Positions 17,930-26,353 of a DNA stretch of 64,000 nucleotides are shown piece by piece (position 1 is the stretch's first letter; each line of letters opens with the position of its first letter). The stretch is from NCBI GenBank assembly GCA_016875025.1, contig VGSH01000001.1:30174-94173 (forward strand). Direction: 5' to 3'. A program made the position numbers and the translations under genes. The notes beneath the pieces are model-generated. The model had not been told where the DNA came from, searched no databases, and saw nothing but the letters and a program-made list of their open reading frames with translations. The stretch comes from Deltaproteobacteria bacterium. Lineage in GTDB: Bacteria > Desulfobacterota > WTBG01 > CAIYCZ01 > CAIRTM01.

Positions 17930-19330
17930 ATGAATTTTGCAAAAACAGTGCTTTGTGCTGCGGCGCTTGTTGCTCTGGGACTGGCTCTCGGCGCCTGTTC
18001 GCCTCCGCAGGACCGGACCAACTATTACGCCTATCTTGAACAGGATACGGCTGTTAAGGGCAGAACCGGTGTTTTGCTGACTGCGCTGGGCCAGCCGGAA
18101 GAGTATGAATTTTCTTTTTATAACAAATATCTGAATCATATTTTCGAGGCGGCCTTTCCACCGCTGCTGAAGTTGATTGTCATGCGGGATCGCGGCACCG
18201 TGCTGCTTGACCCGGCAAACCCCACGGCCGTCGAGCAGTTTACGCCCTCAGAACTGATGGACTGCTTCGGCAGTACGGTTAATGAGCAGGGTATACCGTA
18301 CACACAGCTTCCGGTGCAATGGGTAAAGCCGCGCACTAGTGACAGCCATGCCTACGGGCATTTTCTGCTCAAGGGGAAAAACGGTTTCGTTGATATCGCG
18401 GAGCGCTCTTCCGTCAAGATTGCGGCATCCTACTACGGTCGCATGCCCGGCAATATAATCCCCTTCAAGCAGCAGCATCGCGCACTTTTCAGTGATATTG
18501 AAAGCCTGCTGGCTGAGCAGTTTCCCGGTACGCCGATGAAAACAGCCTGGTCGATGTACCCTGATACCATTGCGCAGGCCATTGAAGAGCTGCTCAGCGA
18601 AAAGGTCGAAACCATCGTTGTGTGCAATCTGTTCCCGGTGTATTCAAACCTTGAGGAGTTCAACTCTCTGTTCGTTGAAATCGGGCAGATGGTTGCCGGC
18701 AGGGCCAAAATTGTGTTTAGTCCTTTTGCAGGGGTGTATGAATCGTATCGCGCGCCTTTTGTCGCCATGGCCCGGGCTGAAATCGAGCAGCTGCCGGCTG
18801 CATCAAAAAAGCTGCTGGTGCTCACCCGTCACGGTTTTCCGGAGATGAAGGGCGAGCCCTGGCATGATCTCGCGCCGGTTTTCTACGACAACCTGCTGCG
18901 GGAAGTCGAGCAGGCTCTCTCAGGCTCCAATACCCAGGTGGTTATCGCGGATACGGAATTCGCCTGCTCCGAGCATGATCCCAAAAACCTGCGCCTGTCG
19001 GCTGCCGAAGCCCTGGCGCAGGGCCTCGATCAGGGCAGCGATGCCGTCGTGTTCGTGCTTGTCGATTTTATGAGCGAAAATACGGACACGATTTTCTGCG
19101 CGCGCGAAGAGGCCCTTGAGACGATCGGCTTTACCTATGCCGGTACGGTTCCCTACAGCGATTTTTCCGTTCCCTTCAGAACGGATATGCGCTACGGCGC
19201 TACCCGGATTATCTTATCCGGCGCGCCCGTGGGCGATATGTATCGGCCTATGCTTGCCCGGGGGATTTTTGATGCGCTTTCAACCGTGCTGCGCGCTGAG
19301 GCATGGCCCGCTTTAACAGTTGGGAGTTAG
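17930..19330 (+). CDS. ferrochelatase-fold (class II chelatase-like) lipoprotein
   Basis: Lipobox LALGAC with an AAAGGA RBS. Motifs GVLLTALGQPE, IVVCNLFPVYSN and LVLTRHGFPE parallel the ferrochelatase GILLANLGTPD, VVLPLYPQFS and LLLSYHGIP. Confidence 0.55.
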   Translation: MNFAKTVLCAAALVALGLALGACSPPQDRTNYYAYLEQDTAVKGRTGVLLTALGQPEEYEFSFYNKYLNHIFEAAFPPLLKLIVMRDRGTVLLDPANPTAVEQFTPSELMDCFGSTVNEQGIPYTQLPVQWVKPRTSDSHAYGHFLLKGKNGFVDIAERSSVKIAASYYGRMPGNIIPFKQQHRALFSDIESLLAEQFPGTPMKTAWSMYPDTIAQAIEELLSEKVETIVVCNLFPVYSNLEEFNSLFVEIGQMVAGRAKIVFSPFAGVYESYRAPFVAMARAEIEQLPAASKKLLVLTRHGFPEMKGEPWHDLAPVFYDNLLREVEQALSGSNTQVVIADTEFACSEHDPKNLRLSAAEALAQGLDQGSDAVVFVLVDFMSENTDTIFCAREEALETIGFTYAGTVPYSDFSVPFRTDMRYGATRIILSGAPVGDMYRPMLARGIFDALSTVLRAEAWPALTVGS

Positions 19331-19651
19331 GAGTTGGGAGAAGACAGGTTCATGGTTCAAGAATTTGCGTGGGCAGATCCCTGCGCCTGCCCCCGCAGGG
19401 GCGACCGGCCGGTCGCCCTTACACAGAGGGTCGATTCAGGGCCGTCATCTTTTTGCTCCTGCGATTTCGCCTGGAAAGTATATCCGTCTGATCGGTCGGA
19501 TTTGCCCGAACAGACCGCTTGTTTTCTTTTGCCTTGACAAGCACCTGTCCAGTAAGAATAATCATAGGTAACCGCGCAGCCGAGTTGATGTGTTGATTAA
19601 ATCACCCGTTTACAGCTGTGCTTTTCATTGTCCGGACTTGGATGGTATCCT

Positions 19652-19858
19652 ATGGCGTGCGTTAAAAAAAATCCCTGTCCTGACTGCACATTTTGCCAAT
19701 GGTGTTCCGACACCCGGTGTGCGGTGTGTATGGGTACATGTGAACGATGTCCGAAAAAAACACTGCAGGAGCAGATCGATGAATATGAACGCAACAACCC
19801 CGGCAGGCCGCAGGCGGATCAGCCGATCTTGTACAAAAAAACTCCAGTCGGCAGTTAA
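19652..19858 (+). CDS. possible Cys-rich small peptide (8 Cys in 25 aa); overlaps the next gene in another frame
   Basis: MACVKKNPCPDCTFCQWCSDTRCAVCMGTCERCP... Mixed GC3 composition. Overlaps the 19779 start region of the next gene, so either call may be wrong. Confidence 0.2.
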   Translation: MACVKKNPCPDCTFCQWCSDTRCAVCMGTCERCPKKTLQEQIDEYERNNPGRPQADQPILYKKTPVGS

Positions 19859-20984
19859 AACGGCGGCGTGTGCTCTGGTCGTGCTGCTGCTTGTGCGCGC
19901 ATCCGTGTGCCGGGCAGCCGCTGATGCCGATCTTTCCAAACTGCAGCCTGGCATGGCACTGCCGGCAATCCGCATTGTGCAGGACCTGACTCCTGAACAG
20001 CGCAGCTATCTTGGCCTGCCCGGCCGTCTGATCGGAATGTTCACGGGTAAGGGTTTCAAGCCTTCCGACGTTGCGGCCGATGTGCTGGTGATTGAATTTT
20101 TCAATGTGTACTGCACCTCCTGCCAGAGTCAGGCATCGATTCTGAACGAAGTGTTTCAGCGGGTCAACTCCCGTGACGACATGCGCGACCGGGTTAAATT
20201 TTTCGGCATCGGCGCGGGTAACAATCAGCAGGAAGCCGCCATGTTCATGCGGCGCTATTCGGTCGGTTTTCCGATGTTTCCTGATCCCGACTTTGTGAAC
20301 TACGAGGCTGTCGGCGAGCCGGGCGCAACTCCCCTTACAATTATTGCCCGGAAACACGGCAAAGAGCTTCTGGTTGTCAGCGCCCATGCCGGCCTTGTTA
20401 AAAATGCGGATGTTTTTATGACGGCCATACGCACTGCGCTGGCCAGCTCTCCTGATGGGCTTGCCGCTGAATCTGCGCAGAAGGAGCCGGCACAGGCCGT
20501 GAAACGGCCGCGCATTGAGCTGAATATGAGCGATGACCAGATTGAACAGGCTGTTCTCACCAGCATGCGCCGTGCTGCGGGCGGAGATGACTCCATTACA
20601 TCCGTGCGAACGGTGAGTTATCCGCGCAGCGGTGATATTTTTGTCGCCACGCCCGCAGGTGCTGTTTCAAATCTGTACGCGCAGGTTGTCAGCCGACCGC
20701 CCACATGTGATGTATGCCACGGTGTGCATTTTATTCTGGTGTTCGACGGAGCCGGCATTCTGCGCTATTTCGAGCCTCTGCACCTGACCAAGTACGGCAA
20801 TGTCGTGTGGACTCAATACGATGCCGATTTCATGCGGCGGCATTTGATCGGTCTTGATGTGCGGCAGCCCTTTGAATATAATCCGTCGGTTGATTCAGTG
20901 ACCACTGCCACCATGACATCCGTGATTATTTATAACAGCGCGCAGCGCCTGCGTGATGTACTCAAGGAAATTAAGTCGCAATAG
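19779..20984 (+). CDS. exported thioredoxin-like (CxxC) plus C-terminal FMN_bind domain fusion protein
   Basis: Signal peptide with a long basic n-region. VLVIEFFNVYCTSCQ redoxin motif. C-terminal VDSVTTATMTSVII matches the FMN_bind flavinylation motif (VDxxSGATxTS). CxxCH present (CDVCHG). Confidence 0.55.
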   Translation: MNMNATTPAGRRRISRSCTKKLQSAVKTAACALVVLLLVRASVCRAAADADLSKLQPGMALPAIRIVQDLTPEQRSYLGLPGRLIGMFTGKGFKPSDVAADVLVIEFFNVYCTSCQSQASILNEVFQRVNSRDDMRDRVKFFGIGAGNNQQEAAMFMRRYSVGFPMFPDPDFVNYEAVGEPGATPLTIIARKHGKELLVVSAHAGLVKNADVFMTAIRTALASSPDGLAAESAQKEPAQAVKRPRIELNMSDDQIEQAVLTSMRRAAGGDDSITSVRTVSYPRSGDIFVATPAGAVSNLYAQVVSRPPTCDVCHGVHFILVFDGAGILRYFEPLHLTKYGNVVWTQYDADFMRRHLIGLDVRQPFEYNPSVDSVTTATMTSVIIYNSAQRLRDVLKEIKSQ

Positions 20985-21042
20985 ACTGCCCGGAGAACCG
21001 TGTGTCCTGATACAGGAATGGCAGCGAAAAAGGAGATTGACC

Positions 21043-21324
21043 ATGTCTGATGAAAACAATTCGTATGTTCCGTTACCGAAAAATACCCCGGCATTCATCT
21101 GCGCCGGCTGCGGAGCCGTTGCCCTTGACCGTGAAAGCATCTGTACACCGCAGGGCCGGGGCACCAGGGCTGACTGGTGCTGTTCTGAGTCCGGTGCCGC
21201 TCCTTCATATTGTCGTAATGCGGTACACACCGAGCGCTATCAGTGCAAAAACTGCGGTCAGGTGGCGGTTAATTCCGGCCTGCTGTGCGACCCGCAAAAA
21301 ATGCTCCGGCCTGAAGAAAAGTAG
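21043..21324 (+). CDS. small zinc-ribbon / rubredoxin-like protein
   Basis: Strong AAGGAG RBS. Two CxxC pairs (CAGCG...CTPQ and CKNCG...CDPQ). Confidence 0.55.
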   Translation: MSDENNSYVPLPKNTPAFICAGCGAVALDRESICTPQGRGTRADWCCSESGAAPSYCRNAVHTERYQCKNCGQVAVNSGLLCDPQKMLRPEEK

Positions 21325-21375
21325 CTGCCGCATTTTCCGGATTATGCAGCACGAAATCGATCATGTGTCGATTGA

Positions 21376-22215
21376 TTACCTGCGAAGGGCTTTCACACTG
21401 AAACCGGCAAGATAGATACAGCCCGTCACCATGACAATGGTAGCGCCCCCGGGCAGGTCGAGGCTGTAGCTCAGGCACAGGCCCGCAGCGATACACAGCA
21501 TGCTTATGACTGCGGCAGCGATCATCATCTGCCACAGCCTGCCGCAGAACTGACCGGCTATCGCAGCCGGCAGGCTCAGCAGGGCGACCACCATGATAAT
21601 TCCTACAATCCGTATCAGCAGCACGATCGTCAGCGCGGTCAGGCCCAGCAGCAGCAGGTACAGCATGCGGGTGTTGAGACCGCGCAGCCGCGCAAATTCC
21701 TCATCAAAGCACACCGCCTGCAGACGGTTATAGAAAAGCATGCTGATGACGATGATGACCGTGTCAAGGATGAGAATAATCCATACATCAGCCGATGAAA
21801 TCATCAGGATATTGCCGAACAGGTAGCTCATGGGATCTGTGTACCCCGGTGTTTTGGCGATCAGCAGGATGCCGGCTGCCATGCCCAGCACCCACAGTGC
21901 GCTGATAACCGTATCTTCGCGCTCACGGGCATACATGCTTACCACGCCGATTATCAGCGCCGCAGACAGGGCCGCGAACAGCGCTCCCAGAATCGGATCG
22001 GCCCAGGTCAGGCCGTACACCTGCTGGAGGTACAGTGCCGCGCCGATACCGCCCAGCACGCAGTGGGCGATAGAGCCGGCCAGATAGCTGATGCGCTTGA
22101 CCACCACGAACGAGCCGATGATGCCGAAGGCAATGCCGGCCAGCAGCCCGGCAGCCATGGCGTACCGCAGAAAAGCGATATCAGGATCGCGCAGGGCCTG
22201 GATAAATTCAATCAT
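21376..22215 (-). CDS. znuB: ABC-3 family metal (zinc/manganese) transporter permease
   Basis: 279-aa polytopic protein typical of ZnuB/MntB/TroCD. Overlaps the ATPase gene. Confidence 0.8.
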   Translation of the reverse strand: MIEFIQALRDPDIAFLRYAMAAGLLAGIAFGIIGSFVVVKRISYLAGSIAHCVLGGIGAALYLQQVYGLTWADPILGALFAALSAALIIGVVSMYAREREDTVISALWVLGMAAGILLIAKTPGYTDPMSYLFGNILMISSADVWIILILDTVIIVISMLFYNRLQAVCFDEEFARLRGLNTRMLYLLLLGLTALTIVLLIRIVGIIMVVALLSLPAAIAGQFCGRLWQMMIAAAVISMLCIAAGLCLSYSLDLPGGATIVMVTGCIYLAGFSVKALRR

Positions 22216-22966
22216 GGGTATGCCCCTGTTGTGAACACTGATGATCGTGCCGTACCATTTTCAGGTCCGAGCCGTAGATTTCCTGAATGATTTCGCCGGT
22301 GATTTCGCTGGTCGGGTGAAGCTTGACGGTGCGGTTCACGCACAGCACGCGATCCACCATGCGGGAGACAAAGCCGAGCTCATGGGTTACCGTGATAACG
22401 GTCAGGCGGTGTGCAAGGCGCGCAAGGGTGTCATTGACCTGCTGCTCCATGGCGGGATCGACATGCGCGGTCGGCTCATCCAGCAGCAGCAGTTCGGGTT
22501 CGCAGGCCAGGGCGCGGGCGATCAGCACACGCTGGCGCTGCCCGCCGGAAAGCGACGCAAACGGGCGCGCAGCCAGATCGACAAGGCCGGTTTGAGCAAG
22601 TGCCTGAAGGGCGGCTGCTTTGTCGGACCGTGAATAAAAAGAGCCCGGCCGTCTTCCCAGGCGGCCCATGAGCACAATATTGAGAACGCTGATGGGAAAA
22701 CTCGGATCAAAGTGCGTACTCTGGGGCATATAGCCGATACGGCGGCTGTTTGCATGCGGCATCCCGCCAAGAACCCTGATGCTGCCTGAGGCGGGGTGAT
22801 GAAGACCCAGTATGAGCTTGATGAGGGTTGTCTTGCCGCCGCCGTTGGGCCCTACAATGCAGACCGATTCGTGCTCGAAAAGGTTAAAGCTCACATTGTG
22901 GAGAATTTCCGTCTGGTCGTAGGCAAAGCAGACATTGTTGAAGCTGATTACGGGTTGCGGCATCAT
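22208..22966 (-). CDS. znuC: metal ABC transporter ATP-binding protein
   Basis: GPNGGGKTT Walker A, LSGGQRQR signature and LLLLDEPT Walker B. Confidence 0.85.
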   Translation of the reverse strand: MMPQPVISFNNVCFAYDQTEILHNVSFNLFEHESVCIVGPNGGGKTTLIKLILGLHHPASGSIRVLGGMPHANSRRIGYMPQSTHFDPSFPISVLNIVLMGRLGRRPGSFYSRSDKAAALQALAQTGLVDLAARPFASLSGGQRQRVLIARALACEPELLLLDEPTAHVDPAMEQQVNDTLARLAHRLTVITVTHELGFVSRMVDRVLCVNRTVKLHPTSEITGEIIQEIYGSDLKMVRHDHQCSQQGHTHD

Positions 22967-23967
22967 GGTGTATGCCCGTGGCCGGCTTTGGTATGCGCCG
23001 GGTCGTTTGGAATTGTTTGATCGAAGGCGCCCGCGATTGCATTGGCCATGGTCTGCAGGTTCCGAATAACATCTTTGGCAAGCGGATCAAGCGGCACTAC
23101 AGTCCCATTTATCTGGGCGGCAATGGTCTGCGCGGTTTTGGTATCAAATTGCGGCTGCACAAAGATGGTGCGCACGCCCGATGAGCGGGCCTGTTTGATC
23201 AGTGCGGAAATGTGCCGGGCAGTCGGCTGGCGACCGTTGATTTCAACCGTCTGCTGGTTCAAAGTGTAGGTGTGGGCAAAATAGCCGAATGCAGGATGAT
23301 ACACAAAAAAAGTCCTGTTCCGATGCGGTTGCAGAAGTCTGAGATTTCCAGCATGTGCGGCCTCAAGTGCGGCCAGCAGCCGGGTGGTGTTTTGGGCATA
23401 GGCCGCTGCATTGTCGGGATCAGCTTCAGTGATGACACGCTGCGCGAGTTCGATGAACTGGCGCAGTTGACGGGTTCCGAGCCAGAAGTGCGGGTCATGT
23501 CCGGTGTGGTCATGATCAGCGCCGTGATCACCGGAACAGACCTGTTCGTGGTCGGCACTCAGGAGGTCAATGTGCTTTCCCGTGTCAATGATGCGGATTT
23601 TTGTATGCTGAGCCCTGATCTTGTCCACCAGAATACGTTCAAAGGGCAGTCCGGCCATCAGGTACAGCTGAGCATTGGACAGCCTGTGCAGCAGGCGCGG
23701 TCCCGGTTCAAACATGTGCGGGTCCTGACCCTCCGGAAGGAGTGTGTCGACCGTAACCAGCGTGCCGCCGATCTGTTCAATGCAGTAAGCCAGCGGCGCG
23801 ATAGCGGTACAGATGCGCAGGGGGGTAGCTTCAGGCCGGGCAGGGTTGCCGGCGGTCGGGTACAGCAGCGCAATCAGGCACAGGTGTAAAATCAGTGCCG
23901 TGCTCTGACACCGGCTCCGCATCCGTAAACAGGCGCGTGATGCCATTCTGGAAAATTCCGCGTGCAT
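22963..23967 (-). CDS. znuA: metal ABC transporter periplasmic substrate-binding protein (ZnuA/TroA family) with a His-rich loop
   Basis: Cluster-9 SBP fold signatures plus a His-rich loop DHGADHDHTGHDPH characteristic of zinc-specific ZnuA. Confidence 0.75.
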   Translation of the reverse strand: MHAEFSRMASRACLRMRSRCQSTALILHLCLIALLYPTAGNPARPEATPLRICTAIAPLAYCIEQIGGTLVTVDTLLPEGQDPHMFEPGPRLLHRLSNAQLYLMAGLPFERILVDKIRAQHTKIRIIDTGKHIDLLSADHEQVCSGDHGADHDHTGHDPHFWLGTRQLRQFIELAQRVITEADPDNAAAYAQNTTRLLAALEAAHAGNLRLLQPHRNRTFFVYHPAFGYFAHTYTLNQQTVEINGRQPTARHISALIKQARSSGVRTIFVQPQFDTKTAQTIAAQINGTVVPLDPLAKDVIRNLQTMANAIAGAFDQTIPNDPAHTKAGHGHTP

Positions 23968-24301
23968 GCTCTCTCAGTGTGCTGGTGCCATGGTGAAAAA
24001 GTGAACGATAACCCTGACATGCCTGTCTGGTGTGGCTGCAAAATTTCAGCCGCTTACCAGAGCACGTTATAACAATTCATGGGTGTAATCGCAAGACTGA
24101 AAAAAGCCATGTTCTGGTTTGGAAGGTCTGGCTTTTTAAATGTATTCTGAGGGCGGATAATATCTTTTGTTTTCCGCCGCGCAAAGGAGTAGTATGGTGA
24201 CACATGCAGACGTCCTTCCGCATGACCCGCGCCGGGATTTTTCCGCTGTGTTCTCTCATACACAGGCTTTTTTAACAATGCCCATTTCAGCAGGAGCTTT
24301 T

Positions 24302-25528
24302 ATGGAAAACAAAAGAATATTCATAGGGAATTTAGAATTCTCTGTGACAGAGGATGATGTGAAAAGCCTTGTGGCGCACTACGGTGCTGTTGTGTCGGTT
24401 AAAATGAATCGTAAAAAAGGCTTTGCGTTTATCGAGATGGATACCGCTGAAGCTGCCGCACGAGCGGTGCAGCAGCTTGACGGCATAAAGCACAGGGATC
24501 GTGAAATCCGCCTGAGCTTTGAAATGAAAGCCGCCAAGGCGAGGTTCGTATCGGCAAAACGATACAAAGAGCGCGGTGATGCTTTTGCCCGGCACAGAGC
24601 CGAAGCTCTGCCTGACCCGGAAAGACTGTTGTCAGATGAGCGGCAGCCGTATCCGCGTCGTGCTGAACGGGGCGGCGGCCGGCCGGTTTATAAACGCACA
24701 TCGGGGCCGGATGCGGGCGTTGGGTCGCGCGGCCGCTCAGGCGCTGCAGATGCGCGCCCGGCGCGATCATATCAACGCGATGCCGGAGCAGCGTCGCGGC
24801 CTGCTAAGCGTCCATGGTCCGAAGAGAAACCGTCCTATCCGCGCCGGCCAGACCGTGATGGTGAGCGGCCGGTTTATAAACGCGCGCCGAAGCCTGATGC
24901 GGGCGTTGCTCCGCGCCGGAGACCAGGCGATGCAGACAGGCGTCCGGCGCGATCATATCAACGCGATGCCGGAGCAGCGTCGCGGCCTGCTAAGCGTCCA
25001 TGGTCGGAAGAGAAACCCTTGTATCCGCGCCGGTCGGCAGGCGCGGGCGAACAGACTGCATACAGGCGCACACCGAAGCCGGATGCGGGTTTTACACCGC
25101 GCGGGGGCATGCGCGCTGCAGACGCACGGCCGCCGCGAACCTGTCGGCGCGATACAGGCGCACCCGGACGGCCTGTCAGACGTCCATGGTCGGAAGAGAA
25201 ACCCTTGTATCCGCGCCCGGCTGAACGGGATGGCGGACGTGACGGATATGCACGGGCTCCGAAAAAAGAATGGCCTTCAGCGCGACCGTCGCGACCCGCA
25301 GTGAAAACAGGCGAGCCCCGGGGAGAGCATTCTCAGAGAAAAAAAATATCTGGCGGCAAGCCGCATGATGTTTTAAAACAGAGGCCTGCAGGCGGTACGC
25401 ATGGCAAATACAGGAAACCGTCGCGTCCGGGCGCGCGTCGTGCAGCAGGTACTTCAGCCCCATCCCGACACAAAGTCCGCGGCAATTCACAGGATCGCGG
25501 CACCCCCCGCAAAGAGACTGAGCAGTAA
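24302..25528 (+). CDS. RRM-domain RNA-binding protein with a long basic/Pro-rich C-terminal tandem-repeat tail
   Basis: N-terminal RNP motifs IFIGNLEFS and KGFAFIEM. The C-terminus contains about 3.5 copies of a 57-60-aa repeat (PxYPRR...RPVYKR...PKPDAG...RPWSEEK). Confidence 0.6.
   Translation: MENKRIFIGNLEFSVTEDDVKSLVAHYGAVVSVKMNRKKGFAFIEMDTAEAAARAVQQLDGIKHRDREIRLSFEMKAAKARFVSAKRYKERGDAFARHRAEALPDPERLLSDERQPYPRRAERGGGRPVYKRTSGPDAGVGSRGRSGAADARPARSYQRDAGAASRPAKRPWSEEKPSYPRRPDRDGERPVYKRAPKPDAGVAPRRRPGDADRRPARSYQRDAGAASRPAKRPWSEEKPLYPRRSAGAGEQTAYRRTPKPDAGFTPRGGMRAADARPPRTCRRDTGAPGRPVRRPWSEEKPLYPRPAERDGGRDGYARAPKKEWPSARPSRPAVKTGEPRGEHSQRKKISGGKPHDVLKQRPAGGTHGKYRKPSRPGARRAAGTSAPSRHKVRGNSQDRGTPRKETEQ
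24646..25290 (+). repeat. in-frame tandem repeat array (about 171-180 bp unit, about 3.5 copies) inside the RRM protein gene
   Basis: Near-identical DNA blocks, e.g. gcgatcatatcaacgcgatgccggagcagcgtcgcggcctgctaagcgtccatggtc recurs. Coding, not CRISPR. Confidence 0.8.
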
Positions 25529-25624
25529 TCGCATATGAAAACCGGCGAGACCATGCCCGGGCCGCCGCAATTTCCCTGGAGAGTGTTTATGCTTGTGGGT
25601 TGAACATGCCCTGAGCTGCTGCGC

Positions 25625-26263
25625 TCAGATGCACAAATCCAGCATCGAATAGATAATATGGGTCGGCTTGCGGGGCATATGTTCGGGATTATTATGGCTC
25701 CAGGCCACAAAGGCAGTGTCGGTATGCGCGCGCTGGCCGCACTCAATGTCAAAAGGGGCATCGCCGACGAACAGGGCTGCTTCCGGGGCGGCGTTCAGCA
25801 GCTCCAGCGCTTTGAGGGCCGGCTCGGGGTGGGGTTTGTGATGTTCGGTTTCATCCGGGGTCACCATGACGCTGAAGCAGTCATAGATACCGGTCTCGCG
25901 CAGGAAGCAGGAAAGGGATGCTATCTTGCGCGAGGTAACGATGGCGAGCGTTTTGCCTGCGGCGCGCAGCTTTTCAATCGCCTCGGGTACCCCGGGGCAG
26001 GGTGCGAGATAGTCCCGGTAGATGCTCATCTGGTAGTTCATGTGGTCGGCTTGAATCCGGTCAAACTGCGCATCGCTTAAGGGGCCGATGTGGTGTTCGA
26101 ACTGTTTGCGAAGGGTCAGGCCGATACTGGCGATGATTTCTTCCCGGGGGATTTCACGGTTGGCATGTTTGCGCAGGCTGTATACAAAACAGCGGTAAAT
26201 CAGTTCGGTTGTTTCAAACAGGGTGCCGTCAGCATCAAAGAGGTAATAATCATAGGATTTCAT
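25625..26263 (-). CDS. HAD-superfamily hydrolase (phosphoglycolate phosphatase-like)
   Basis: N-terminal YLFDADGTLF motif I. LAIVTSR motif II. GDAPFDIECG motif IV. Confidence 0.75.
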   Translation of the reverse strand: MKSYDYYLFDADGTLFETTELIYRCFVYSLRKHANREIPREEIIASIGLTLRKQFEHHIGPLSDAQFDRIQADHMNYQMSIYRDYLAPCPGVPEAIEKLRAAGKTLAIVTSRKIASLSCFLRETGIYDCFSVMVTPDETEHHKPHPEPALKALELLNAAPEAALFVGDAPFDIECGQRAHTDTAFVAWSHNNPEHMPRKPTHIIYSMLDLCI

Positions 26264-26353
26264 TGCGGGAAGGCCTGTGTCGCAGCTGCAGCGGCGTGTG
26301 CTTTTGCGTGATGATGATGTGTGTTATGCTGAAGCCTGAAGCCCGGATAGCGA

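Noticed and set aside
19320-19345. Short direct repeat agttgggagttaggagttgggag after the chelatase-like gene
   Set aside because: Too short and isolated. Probably a chance low-complexity stretch at a gene end.
24646-25290. Possibility that the regular about 171-bp repeats are a CRISPR array
   Set aside because: The repeats are long, in-frame, and encode a continuous protein tail. There are no short direct repeats with unique spacers and no cas genes.
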